Part shown: in pieces, positions 1 through 12,496 of the stretch
Position numbering within the stretch: the first letter of the stretch is position 1
Layout of the letters: each line of letters starts with the position of its first letter
DNA from: the human T2T-CHM13v2.0 reference genome, Homo sapiens
Strand: one strand, 5' to 3'
Assembly: GCF_009914755.1 (NCBI RefSeq)
Contig: NC_060937.1
Length of the DNA stretch: 64,000 nucleotides
Program-made: the position numbers and the translations under genes
Notes under the pieces: model-generated
Database searches by the model: none
What the model was told of the DNA's origin: nothing
Seen by the model: only the letters and a program-made list of their open reading frames with translations

Positions 1-307
1 GCATCTCAGGCACAAACTTCAACAACAGCCTCAAGTAGCACTGTCTGCATTGCCGGATTCTGATTTCTCTGACCTCTAACAGAAGTTTTCTATTTTACTT
101 TCGAAGGTAACTGAAAGGGGTTGATTTAATCTACAAAGCTCTATTCTCCTGATGAAAATTTCTTAAGAGATCTCCGGTTTCCCTTGCGTTTATTTCATGG
201 GAATTAAGATGCTGTGTTTTGATACGGCTTGTGATGCAAAGAGCTGCGCTCCAGGGAGTAGGAAATTTGGTCTTGATGAAGATAGAACAATTCTGAATAA
301 TATCCAG

Positions 308-600
308 GTTTTTTTTTTAATTTTTAGATTTTTAAAAATTTTTGTGGGTACATAGTAGGTGTATATATTTATGGGGTACATGAGGGGATGTTTTGATACA
401 GGCACAATGCATAATAATCACATCATGGAGAATGGGGTGTCCATCCCCTCAAGCATTTATCTTTGTGTTACAAACAATCCAGTTGCACTCTTTTCGTTAT
501 TTTTAAATGTATAATTAAGTACATTTGACTATAGTCAATAATAACCCGTTGTGCTATCAAATAGGAGTTCTTATTCATTCTTTCTATTTTTTGTACCCTA
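308..600 (-). mobile_element. L1 3' end fragment (L1MA-like)
   Basis: T-rich tail followed by typical antisense L1 3'UTR text (gggtacatagtaggtgtatatatttatggggtacatgag...ccatcccctcaagcattta). Confidence 0.8.
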
Positions 601-995
601 TCCAATATGTCTGTTTTGAATGGAAAACAGCTAGATAAGCTAGTGAAATTTTCACATGAAATTGAGAAACATCATTAAAAACAAATAGATTTGTAGAGTA
701 AAGTCAAAGAAATTATAAAGGAGAAAAATAAAAGTAACACACTATAAAATAAGACATATCTTAGAAAAAAGAACTGAAGAATGACAAAATCAAGGGGACC
801 AAGTCTGATACATAAGTCGTTCTTACTAAAAATTAGTCATTTATTTATTCAGCCAGTTTTCACTGGCCATCTGTTGTGCCACGCCGGGTTGAGATGCTGA
901 GCATAGCTACCAATTTGTATAAAGGATTGATCTGTCCCTAAGGGTGCCCTAAGGTCAGGGCTGGCCCTGAGACAAATTATGAAATTATACAATAT

Positions 996-1323
996 GGCCG
1001 GGTGCAGTGACTCACGCCTGTAATCCCAGCACTTTGGGAGGCCGAGGCGGGCGGATCACAAGGTCAGGAGATCAAGACCATCCTGGCTAACACAGTGAAA
1101 ACCCGTCTCTACTAAAAAATACAAAAAATTAGCTGGGCGTGATGGTGGGCACCTGTAGTCCCAGCTACTCAGGAGGCTGAGGCAGGAGAATCTGCTTGAA
1201 CCTGGGAGGCAGAGGTTGCAGTGAGCTGAGATCGCGCCACTACACTCCAGCCTGTGCAACAGAGCAAGACTCTCCGTCTCAAAAAAAAAAAAAAAAAGAA
1301 AAGAAAGAAAAGGAAAAGAAAAA
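996..1323 (+). mobile_element. Alu (AluY/Sc-like)
   Basis: Full dimeric Alu from GGCCGGGTGCAGTG to an A-rich tail; degenerate TSD gaaattatacaatat / gaaatatacactat. Confidence 0.95.
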
Positions 1324-1507
1324 GAAATATACACTATGTATCTTCAGCTTTCCTACTCCTCTTTTTGCAACTTTCTCCCAGCCCCTTTCCCCTTTCTATG
1401 GTTTATTTTCTAATTCTAGTCATCAAAATTAAAAACTTATCTTAGGAATTATATGTATGGTTAGAGTAGTTATGTTTTGATCCAAATTTAGGTCAATGTG
1501 TCCTCCC

Positions 1508-2303
1508 TGTATTTGTCAGCTTGAGGTGCCATAACACAATACCAGAAAGTAGGTGGCTTAGACAACAGAAATTTATTTCTCACAGTTCTGGAGGCTAGGA
1601 AGTCTGAGATCAAGATGCCACAGGTTTGGTTCCTGGTGAGGGTCTCTACCTGGCTTGAGGCAGCTGCCATATTGGTTTGTGCTCACATGACATCTTTGGA
1701 GTCTCACCGGGAGAGAGAGTGAGCCAATTCTCTAGTGCCTTTTACTTGTAAGAGCACAAATCCCATAATGAGGACCCACCTTCATGACCACATCTAAACC
1801 TAATTACTTCTCAAAGGTCCCATCATCAGATACACTCAGCTAGGGGTTTTAATGTGCCCCTCAGTGTTCATGTGTTGGAAATGTAATTCTTATTGCAACA
1901 GTGTTGAAAAGTGGGACCTTCAAGAGGTGATTACGTCTTGAGGTCTCTGCCCCCATGAATGGATTAATGTCATTATCACTGGAGTGGGTTTGTTATTGAG
2001 AGAGTGGATTTCCTATAAAAGTGAGCTTGTCTGTCTCATGTGCACCCATGTTCTCATGCCCATCTGCCTTCCACCATGGGATGATATAGCAAGAAGTTCT
2101 TCACAAGAAGCAGGCCCCTTGATCTTGATCTTGGACTTCCCAGCCTCCAGAACCATGAGCCAAATAAATTTTTGTTAATTATAAATTACCCAGTCTCAGG
2201 TATTCTGTTATAGCAGCAAAAATAGGTTTTTTTTTTTTTCATCACATTGGGGCTTAGGGCTTTGGCATTTGGATTTAGGGGAATGAAAATGTTCAGAGTA
2301 ACA
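1508..2303 (-). mobile_element. MaLR LTR (MLT1A-like), split by a nested MST LTR
   Basis: ggcttagacaacagaaatttatttctcacagttctggaggctaggaagtc is the antisense MLT1 3' part; the remainder resumes at ~2240 (catcacattggggcttaggg). Confidence 0.8.
1838..2226 (+). mobile_element. MaLR LTR (MST-like) nested in MLT1
   Basis: gttcatgtgttggaaa...gacttcccagcctccagaaccatgagccaaataaat...ataaattacccagtctcaggtattctgttatagcagca. Confidence 0.8.
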
Positions 2304-3256
2304 CTCTCCCAATGCTATTTATATTTTAAAACTTATCTGTTTCAATTGAGATATGTGGCTGGCTCCAGTAAAGCAAATCAGAAGAGGGTGAAGACAAATT
2401 CATCATCCAAAGATGATAACAGAGGGCCCTTTCTGTTAACCCATAGGTATCCTATGTTTTATTATTGATAGGAACACATTTTATTATTGCTGTCCCACAT
2501 TTTATTATTGACAGGAACTTGAAGGGCTACTTATTTAACTGTAAGTTTGAAATAACTTTAGTTATAGTCAAAAAGAAAGTCTTGAGTTGGCTCGGATCTT
2601 CCAGAGTTTACATCACGGAACACTAAAAAAAATGTTCTCTCTGGAATCTGCTTCTCCAGAGACTCCAGTTGGAATGCTCAGAGCAATATTTGCTAACAGA
2701 AATAAGTTGATATAGTTGAGAGGATCCAGAACAAGGCACCAAAATGATCAAAGGAATGACTTGTGCATTAAGATCAAAAGACCTGGCAGTGCAGGTCAAG
2801 CATTGGTGGAGAGGGGATACCTGGTACTTGATAAGAGTCTACAAATATTTAAAAGGTGTTAACAGGGAGGAAGGCAAGCCCAATTTTGCCTGCTTGGAGG
2901 TGACATAATGTGAAACAGTAAAGGTAACACCAAAGAATGAACAATGTAGCCAGAAGATCAGGATCTATTTCCAGCAAAGAACTACTGAGGTTTCTGCAAA
3001 ATTACACAATGTGAAGCATTAGATCCACTGTACCCCTAGCAGAAAGTAACCTTGAACAATTTCTATTTGCAGATCGCTGTGTCTTACGTCTTTCTTGCCT
3101 CTATTAGCCCATCATTCAGTACTTAACAACTCACCTCCTTCTACCCGTTACCCAAATTCTTTAACATCTTTAGGGGTCCCATCAATGACAGTATGCCTAC
3201 TTTTTGGAAGAATATGATTTATGTAGCAAAGCTAAGATAGAAATTTGCAAACAGAA

Positions 3257-3549
3257 GCCGGGCGTGGTGGCTTACACCTGTAATCCCAGCACTTCGGGAG
3301 GCTGAGGCGGGCAGATCATGAGGTCAGGAGATCGAGACCAACCTGGCTAAGACAGTGAAACCCCGTCTCTACTAAAAAATACAAAAAATTAGCCGGGTGT
3401 GGTGGCGGGCGCCTGTAGTCCCAGCTACTCAGAAGCCTGAGGCAGAAGAATGGCATGAACCCAGAGGCAGAGCTTGCAGTGAGCCGAGATCGTGCGACTG
3501 CACTCCAGCCTGGATGACAGAGCGAGACTCCGTCTCAAAAAAAAAAGAA
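3257..3549 (+). mobile_element. AluY
   Basis: Full Alu with Y-type text (gaatggcatgaaccc, agcttgcagtgagccgagatcg); 18-bp TSD agaaatttgcaaacagaa at 3239-3256 and 3550-3567. Confidence 0.95.
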
Positions 3550-3829
3550 AGAAATTTGCAAACAGAAAAGCATTTGAACAGTTGTTGTCACTTTATGTGT
3601 TCCATATGCAGCACATTTGTTAATCCAGGAGTACAGAGTTTAGAATCATGAATTTTAAGAAACAGAGGCAAGCTTGAGGTGATCCACTCTGATCAGAGAG
3701 GCTAGGTGACTTCTACAAAATGCATGAGCCAGAGACTTCTGCAAAATGCACAAAACAGAGCAGAGACTAAAACCTAGGTTCTCACCGAAGTGGGGTTGAT
3801 TATTATCAGGTAGCATTACCTTTCTGTTC

Positions 3830-3938
3830 CTTTAGAGACAGTGTCTCGCTCAGTTGCCCAGGCTGAAGTGCAGTGGTGCAATCACAGTTCATTGCAGCCT
3901 CAAACTCCTGGGCTCAAGTGATCCTCCTACCTCAGCTT
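3830..3938 (-). mobile_element. Alu monomer / FLAM-like fragment
   Basis: gagacagtgtctcgctc...cccaggctgaagtgcagtgg...ctcctgggctcaagtgatcctcc. Confidence 0.85.
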
Positions 3939-4205
3939 ACAGAGGAATCCTTTTTCATTTTTTAAAAAATGCAGTAGTTTCCATTTCTCTTTTTTTCCTA
4001 AAAGCTATGACAAACAAATTTTAGGACTTTTTTTTTTCCTTGGCTGGATTTCCAAAGTCTCACACTTTTATTATTGCTTAGGATGGATTTACTTAAAATT
4101 CTAAACTAGGTTTGTTAATGGTAAAGGCCTTATAGCAAGGCCTGAGCAAAAGTCAACCCATCTGTTGCCTTTCATACAATGAGATGCTTGGGCTGAGAGG
4201 GGAGG

Positions 4206-4267
4206 CTGCTCCCCCACACAGGAATGAACAGCTCTGCTCCCCTACACATGAATGAACAGCTCTGCTC
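4206..4267. repeat. 28-bp tandem repeat (~2.2 copies)
   Basis: ctgctcccc(c/t)acaca(g/t)gaatgaacagct repeated head to tail. Confidence 0.85.
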
Positions 4268-4431
4268 AATACAAATTCTCCAGTTAGATCAAGCCTCCGA
4301 CGGGGCATGCCTGAATCTGAAACAGGAAGCTCCTGAGCTGTCAAGAACCATGCTAAACATAGTTTGGAGACACTCTTACTAAACAAAACATTTTACCAAA
4401 AATTAAACTATGGTTATTTCTTCTTTACCTA

Positions 4432-5153
4432 TGTAAACCAAAAAGTGACTGAGACAGGTCTCATTTAATTTAGAGATTTATTTTGCCAAGATTGAACACA
4501 TGCCCAGGAAAAAGAGACACAAGTTACAATAGGATCTGTGGCCTGTGTTTTTTCCAAAGAGGGTTGTGAGGACTTCACCATTTAAAGGGGAAAGAGTGGG
4601 TAGGAGGGGAAGGAGGAAAGGAAAAAAAGAGGAAAGATTAGATAATGAAGCAAATGTTACATTCTTGTGGGGCTTTGATGGGGCTCACTGAATCCACATT
4701 TTACATGTGAAAAGAGGGAGTAGAGGAACTGTCAATAATGCATTCATCCCAAGCTAGGTAAATCTGCACTTTACATAGGATAAAGTAAACACAGAGTAGA
4801 GGAAGAAGTCAAATATGCTTTTGGCGGGCAGAGAGTTGATTTCTAGTCTTGTCTTTGTCCTGTACATGTAAAGATAAGCTGTTAATTTACACTGTCAGGA
4901 TGATATTCAACAGAACCCTGTTTGGGGTTGGTTCATGGGAGGGGTATGTATTCTGAAAGATTTGCAAGCCCACAGGGAATTCTTGTGAGCAATTTGTGAG
5001 GGAGCCCACCTGAGTAGATAGGTGGTCTTCTATGATTACCGCTCTCTGTTTAGGAACAAAAGGAAGGCAGTTTTATATGATTCAGTTGCCAATCTTCACT
5101 TTTCCCTTTGGCATAGTGAGTTTTGGGTCCTGAGATTTTATTTTCCTTTCACA
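4432..5153 (-). mobile_element. ERV1 solo LTR, MER4 family
   Basis: TG...CA termini; reverse complement begins tgtgaaaggaaaataaaatctcaggaccc (MER4-type start); 4-bp TSD CCTA at 4428-4431 and 5154-5157. Confidence 0.85.
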
Positions 5154-6146
5154 CCTAAACATTTCCAAGTGACAAGATGATTGTGGTGTGTGAGCTGCAT
5201 CTTACGGTAATGAATTGTGTATCTCACCTCCTGGACTTATGCTCTGTTCACTCCCTATTTGGTCCCCAGCACTGAGCTAGATAGAAGTGATACAAAGATG
5301 AATAGGACATGGCTCCTGCCTTCAAAGAGCTCAGGGTCTAATGTGCAAAGTGGCAACACAAACCAATTTATAGGGCTGTCCTGTAGGTGTGATGGTGTAG
5401 CAAGGTTAAGTGTATGATAGAGCATTCAAAAAACAGAGGAAAGAGGCACCTTACCCTGGTGAGGTTAGGGAAAGCTTCCAGATCAGCCTTTTTTTTTCGG
5501 TTGTTAAGCATCCTTCTTTCCTACTTCTCTCCATATATATACAAATATATAATAAATATTCCTATAGAGTTTTTAATGGGTTTATATCATACATATTGTC
5601 ATGCAACTTGCCTTTTTAAAAGACTCAAAAAAATACACATCCTTCCTACGTAACCAGTTCATTTTTTAAAATAGCTACACAGTATGTATTTCTGCAATTT
5701 AACTGTTCTCGGCTTTTAGACAATTAGGTTGTTTCTAATTTTTATTAATTGCTAACGTAATCTGGAAGACAGCCTCTCCTCTCATTTTGGTCCCAGTGGG
5801 GCTATCTGCCTGTCCCCCAGGGAACATGGGGATGGGTCATTGAGGTCGTCCCTTTAGCCGCTGGGGTCTGGGATCCTCCACTGGCCAGCACACTCTTCAC
5901 CCGGTGGTCTACAGCAGGCTGCCTGGTGCTTTTCAGAAAACCATGGATGAGGGCCCATGCTGTTTCCAAAAAAAACAGTATGATCCTAAGACCTTCTTCT
6001 GATCAAATACACATTGGCCTCCAGAGTACCTGAGTAATACTTCCCCTGAAAGACTAAGGAGGCATTTTAAGTACCCTAAAGTGTTTCAGTGTTAAAGGCA
6101 AGAAAGGGGAGGAAATGGAGGGGTGTGGCGGTCAAGAGTTGTTCGT

Positions 6147-6551
<405 letters not shown>

Positions 6552-7067
6552 CTAGTCCTCCCTTCCCCTGTCCGCACCTTTCTCAGGAGCATCAGCCCCA
6601 CCCTGGAGGACACAGATGATGACTCAGTGCAGCCTCCCTCTCTCTGTGTCATGCTGGTGTCTCTGGAAAATGCACAAGCCCTTGTGCCAAGGAAGGGGGA
6701 GGGACACAAACAGGCATGGCTTGTCTCTCCACCAGTGAAGCTAAGGCTGATTAATCCCCCAAGTACCTAAAGAAAACATAACTTACCATTAATCTACATG
6801 AGGAATTTGTTATCAACCCCACGTCTTCTGTCACTTTGACCCAGACTGTACTCCTTACAAAACAATCACCTTGGCCGAACTGAGTCAAAGGTGCACCAGG
6901 CTCTCTCCTGGCCAAATTTCCATCATGAAGTCCCCACGTTAGTTAGCTGAGAACTCCTCTGCATGAGCCATCAGGGCAAATGGCACCATGAGCGATATTT
7001 TTTTCTCTAATCTCCAAGTTTCTCTACTGAGAGCAAAGGTGAATACACACATAATGTTGAAATGGAT

Positions 7068-7353
7068 GGCTGGGCATGGTGGTTCACTCCTATAATCCAG
7101 CTACCTGGAAGGCAGAGGTGGGTGGATTGCTTGAGCCCAGGAGTTTGAGACCAGCTTGGGCAACATAGCAAGATTCTGACACTAAAATAAAAAGTCAGCC
7201 AGGTGTGGTGGCTCACACCTGTAGTCCTAGCTACTCCAGAAGCTGAGGTGGGAGGATTGCTTGAGGTCAAGGCTGTAGTGAGCCATGATTGCACTACTGC
7301 ACTCCAGTCTGGGCAACAGAGCAAGACCTTGTCTCTGGAAAAAAAAAAATAAA
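7068..7353 (+). mobile_element. AluJ
   Basis: Diverged dimeric Alu with J-type ggattgcttgagcccaggagtttgag and gaggtcaaggctgtagtgagccatg. Confidence 0.9.
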
Positions 7354-8018
7354 GACAGTCTTGTTAATTACCCTTGCACATGTAGGTTGCATTCCCAAGA
7401 CTAGAATGGAAAAATACAGCCACATTGTCCTGTACCAATTTATAATCTCGCTGTCAATGTATGACAAATATGCAATCCCCTGTGCATCACCAGCTCCTCA
7501 TATGTGGAGGACTTGAAGGATGGGACAGAATTGGGCAGGAAGGAGAGCAAGGAGACGTGGGGGTCAGGAGGTGTTGGATGAAGCAGTGCCAGGAAGGCAC
7601 AGAGGAGAGGCCAGCACACAGGGAACTAAATGCATGCATCCACACTCGCTTGTTTATTCATTCAACAAATGCTCTTTTGGTGCCTAGTACATGCCACCCT
7701 TAGGTATTCCCTGTGTTGGGCACTGTGCGAGGCATTGGGTGCACGTTGAGAAACAAGATAGGGTTTGTGGAATACAAAGCTCAGAGTTGCAAAGGAACCA
7801 GGCTGGAGGCTCAGTGGAGGGGAGACGACATGCCCCTGTGTAAGCAAGTGTGGGCTCCACCCTATAGGTAAAGGGAATGACAGGATCTTGTGGGAGATTT
7901 TAGATGATTCTTAATGGTGACCATAAGGAAAATGGATTCAAAGGGGCTGAGACTTTGGGGCATGGTGAAGGAAATGCTTGTTTGCCCTCTTAGGAAAGGT
8001 GATGAGCTAGTGCACTTC

Positions 8019-8216
8019 TGAATTAAATTGGAGACTTTATCTCAAGGTGAGAGTTCAGGCTGCACTGTCACGTGTAAATAAATCATTTATACCTTAAAAA
8101 CAATTATCTAAAAATGACATCAGAAGACATACAAACACTGAAAACCCTCCAGCACATAAATGAAGTACTCTGAAGGTGACTTGATGGCTTGATTTTGCTG
8201 TTACCGACAAGGAGAC
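8019..8216 (+). repeat. Copy 1 of a ~200-bp local direct duplication
   Basis: Aligns end to end with 9948-10148, with scattered substitutions and small indels. Confidence 0.95.
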
Positions 8217-8481
8217 TCCAGTTCAGAGAAGTCCTGGCTTTCCTAATCCTAACACAAAATCCAGAAATTAGGGGAAAAAGAAATGTAAAATGCACATGAG
8301 TAATACTGGGGGAAGGGAATGGAAAACAAAATTCAACATGAGAATGGAAGGAAAAACAAAATGAAGTAAAATACAATATAATACAATACAACAAATAAAA
8401 CAAATCAGGGAAAAAAAGTCTGTACGTGAACAATAGTAGACCATGAGCCAAGAATAATCTATTTGATTGATTGTGTTATAT

Positions 8482-8486
<5 letters not shown>

Positions 8487-8521
<35 letters not shown>
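8487..8521. repeat. (CA)n microsatellite
   Basis: About 17 uninterrupted CA units. Confidence 0.95.
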
Positions 8522-8524
<3 letters not shown>

Positions 8525-8601
8525 TAAAATGCAAGCAGCAGATTGGGAGACAATATTTGCAAATATATGAGATCTACATTATTACTTAAAACATAAATAT
8601 C

Positions 8602-8885
8602 AGCCGGGTGCTATAATCCTAGCAGTTTGGGAAGCTGAGGTGGGTGGATCACCTGAGGTCAGGAGTTCGAGACCAGCCTGTCCAACACGGCAAAACCCCA
8701 TCTCTACTAAAAATACAAAAACTAGCGGGCGTGGTGGCGGGCACCTATAATCCCAGCTACTAGGGAGGCTGAGGCAGGAGAATCGCTTGAACCCGGGGGA
8801 TAGAAGTTGCTGTGAGCCGAGATGGCGCCACTTCACTCCAGCCTGGGCAAAAGAATGAAACTCTGTCTCAAATAAATAAATAAAA
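8602..8885 (+). mobile_element. AluS with a small 5' deletion
   Basis: Alu body ggatcacctgaggtcaggagttcgag; (AAAT)n tail. Confidence 0.93.
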
Positions 8886-9439
8886 TTGTTTCGAATCAGT
8901 CAGAACATGCTAAATAATAGAAAAAGAGATAGGAAATCGTAATAGTGGAAATACAAATGGCCAGTCAATATTTGAAAAATTGTCTAACTTCACTTATAAT
9001 CTAATAAAGAATTCAAATTAAAATAATATTAATCAAATTAAAACAATGAGATAATATTTTCACCTATTTAATTGACAAGGATTTGAAAATACTGATAAAA
9101 TTCAATGCTAGCAAAGGTGAGGTTTTGCGTCCACAACGTGTTTTCATTTCACACACTGCTGGCAATATCATCCACTGATCCGACCTTTTTGAGAGTAGAG
9201 TGGAAGTGCCATATCATTTCAAATGTGCACACCATCAAACCGAGCAATCTTGTAGGAATTTTCCCTGTATAAATATTAGCACACTCAACAAAGGTATGAA
9301 CTATGATGTCGTTCACCATAACCGGTTGGAAATAATGTCTACCAATAAAGAAATATGCTAGCATTCTGATATCTTTAATCTACAGAAGTAGGTTATAAAA
9401 CAATATAGTAGAGGATATTATAAGCACCTGTTTAAAAAA

Positions 9440-11400
9440 AGTGTCCATGTGCTTGAGTGTGTGTATGGCACGTGTGGTATGTGTACCTGTGTGAGGTGTG
9501 TATAGTGTGTGAGTGAGGGGTGTGTGTGTTGTGTGTGTGACTGTATACGTCTGTATGAAGTGTGTGAGGGATAGGTGTCTGTGAGGTGTGTGTTTCTGTG
9601 TAAGGCATTTGTACGTGTGTGGTGTGTGAAGTGTGTGTTTATGTGAGATGTGTGTGTGAGTTGTGTGTGTGTGGTGTGTGTGGCATGTTTGTGTGGAGCG
9701 TGTCTTTGTGTAGCATGTGTGTATAGTGTGAGGTGTGTGTGCATGTGTGGGGTGTATAGGGGGTGTCTGTATGAGATGTGTGCACGTGTGTCTGTGAGAG
9801 GTGTGTGTGTGCATGTGTGAGGTATATGAAGTGTTTGTGTGATGTGCGTGGTGTGTTTCTGTGTGGTATTTGTGTGGTGTGTACATGTGTGATGCATGGG
9901 GTGTGGGGTGTGAAGTGTGTATGTGGTATGTGTGTGCATGTATCCAGTGAATTAAATTGGAGACTTTATCCCAAGGTGAGAGCTCAGGCTGCACTGTCAC
10001 GTGTAAAGAAATCATTTATACCTTAACAACAATCATCTAAAAATATTGACATCAGAAGGCATGCAAACACTGAAAACCCTCCAGCACAGAGGCTAAGTAC
10101 TCTGAAGGTGACTCGATGGCTTGATTTTGCTGTTAGAAACAAGGAGACACTAGTGTGAGTTTGTGTAGCATGTGTATGGTGTGTTTGTGTGTGAGGTGGG
10201 TGTGTTACATGTCTGCATGGTGTGTGTGGGGTGTGTGTATATATATGTGAGGTGTGTGGGTTTGTGTGTGGCGTGTGTGGTCTGGATGTGTCTGTGTGTG
10301 GTTTGTGTGTGTGTGAGGTGTGTGTGTATATGTGAGATGTGTATGTGGTCTATTTGCGTGTGTGGTGTGTGAGGTGTGTTTGTGGTGTGTGAGGTGTGTA
10401 TAGTGTGTGAGGTGTGTGGTGTATGTTTGTGAGGTCTGTGTGAGGTGCTTTTGTGGTGTATGTGTGAGGTGTGTTCGCATACATGTGTGTGGTATGGGAG
10501 GTATGTGTGTGGTGTGTGAGGTGTGTGTCTGTGTGAAGTATGGGGTGTGTGAAGTGTGTGGTGTGTATGTGTGAGGTGTATATGTGTGTGAAATATGTAT
10601 GTGGTGTGTTTGTATGTGTATGTGTTTGAGGGGTGTGTGTGTATGTGTGTGAGGTGTGTGTGTGTGAGGGGTGAGGTGTGTGTGGTGTGTGTGCGAGGTG
10701 TGTGGGGGGTTGAGGTGTGAGATGTGGGAGGTGTGTGGTGTGTGTGAGGTGTGTGTATGTGTTGGAGGTATTTGCGTATGTATGCGTGTGAATGTGTGTA
10801 TGTGTGTGAAATGTTTATGTGGTGTGTTTGTATTTGTATGTGTGTGAGGTGTGTGGTGTGTGAGGAGTGCCTGTGGTGTGTGTGTGAGGTGTGTATATGT
10901 GTGAAATATGTATATGGTGTGTGTGTATGTGTGTGAGGTGAGTGTGGTGTGTGTGTGAGGTGAGTATATGTGTGAAATGTGTATATGGTGTGGTGTGTGT
11001 GTGAAGTGTATGTGTGTGAGGTGTGTATGTGTGTGAGGTGTGTATGTGTGTGAAATATGTATATGGTGTATTTGTATGTGTATATATGTGAGGTGTGTGG
11101 TGTGTGTGTGTTATGTGTGTGAAATGTGTATATGGTGTATTTGTATGTGTATGTGTGTGAGTAGTGTGTGGTGTGTGTTATGTGTGAAGTGTATGTGAGG
11201 TGTGCTATGTGTGTGAAATGTGTATATGGTGTATTTGTATGTGTATGTGTGTGAGTGGTGTGTGTGGTGTGTGGTGTGTGTGAGGTGTATGTGAGGTGTG
11301 TATGTGTGTGAAATGTGTATATGTTGTGTTTGCATGTCTGTGGATGTGTGGTATGTGTGAGGTGCCTGTGAGGGGTGTGCACACACCGGCACAGATACAC
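9440..11400. repeat. GT/TG-rich low-complexity block / degenerate VNTR, interrupted at 9948-10148
   Basis: About 1.75 kb of gtgtgtgaggtgtgt-type sequence; recurring subunit gtgtgaaat(a/g)tgtatatggtgt. Confidence 0.95.
9948..10148 (+). repeat. Copy 2 of the ~200-bp local direct duplication
   Basis: tgaattaaattggagactttatc...gatggcttgattttgctgtta...caaggagac matches 8019-8216. Confidence 0.95.
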
Positions 11401-12207
11401 TGAGGAGATGTCCCTCTTGGCTCAGCGGCGTGGACGTGTGCTATGGGATTGGAACAGTCGGGAGGAGGAAGGCGCTCGCCTTCTCTGTGCGCATGTCCTT
11501 TGACTTTTTCTTACAGACTCCTGCTCTGATGTGCTGATCTCTGAGTCATGTTTCTCTTTTCATGCTAGACCTTTAGAGAGGAAATGGTGCAATTTCTATT
11601 CTAGTTCCAACACAAGAGACCTTTCTTCTTAGGAACCTCATTTGAGGACAGCATCTTATTTTGCAATTTCTCCCCCAGTGTCAGAGACATTCCCAACAAA
11701 GGGGGTGATTGTCAGAGGTATTTGTTTCATAAAGCTTTGCACATAGATACAATTGTGAGATAAAGCAGCAGAAACGCATTTCACGTATTAAATATCACAC
11801 TGAAGTAGCACTTAAGATACCAACGAGAAGGTTAAATAAATAAGAGAGAAAGAACACCCTTGGCAGAAAGCACAGCACGGCTACCTCCCTCTCTCCAGTA
11901 TTTGCCAGTAAGGAAGAACTGCTGCGGCAGGAGTTGCTGAGCTATGCTCGTGTTCTCAAATCCAAAGAATATTTGTCTGGAAGTGTGTTCAACAGCTGTT
12001 GACAGGGGTTACCTCTGGGCGCAAAATAAGGCTTTTGCTTCTTGCTTTAACTATTTAAATTTACATAATTTTTTTTTAAAGAAGAAAATTAGAATTGTGG
12101 GTGAGATTGGTAATTTTTTTACTTTGTTTTTCCGTAATCGTTCAATTTTCTATAATAAAATATGCTGTTTTGTAATCACAAAAAAAGAAAAAAATGCTTG
12201 AAATTAA

Positions 12208-12496
<289 letters not shown>

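Larger units (their letters stand above)
8230..9400 (+). mobile_element. Ancient L1 (L1M) ORF2/3' remnants, interrupted by (CA)n and an Alu
   Basis: gattgggagacaatatttgcaaat, gaaatacaaatggcc, aattcaaattaaaa...caatgagata motifs of late L1 ORF2. Confidence 0.6.

Noticed and set aside
10150-11400. 416-aa His/Thr-rich ORF (and the 211/173-aa ORFs at 9380-10015) as a novel metal-binding protein
   Set aside because: This is translation of (CA)-rich low-complexity DNA, which lacks stops by composition; several frames are open at once and no gene structure is evident
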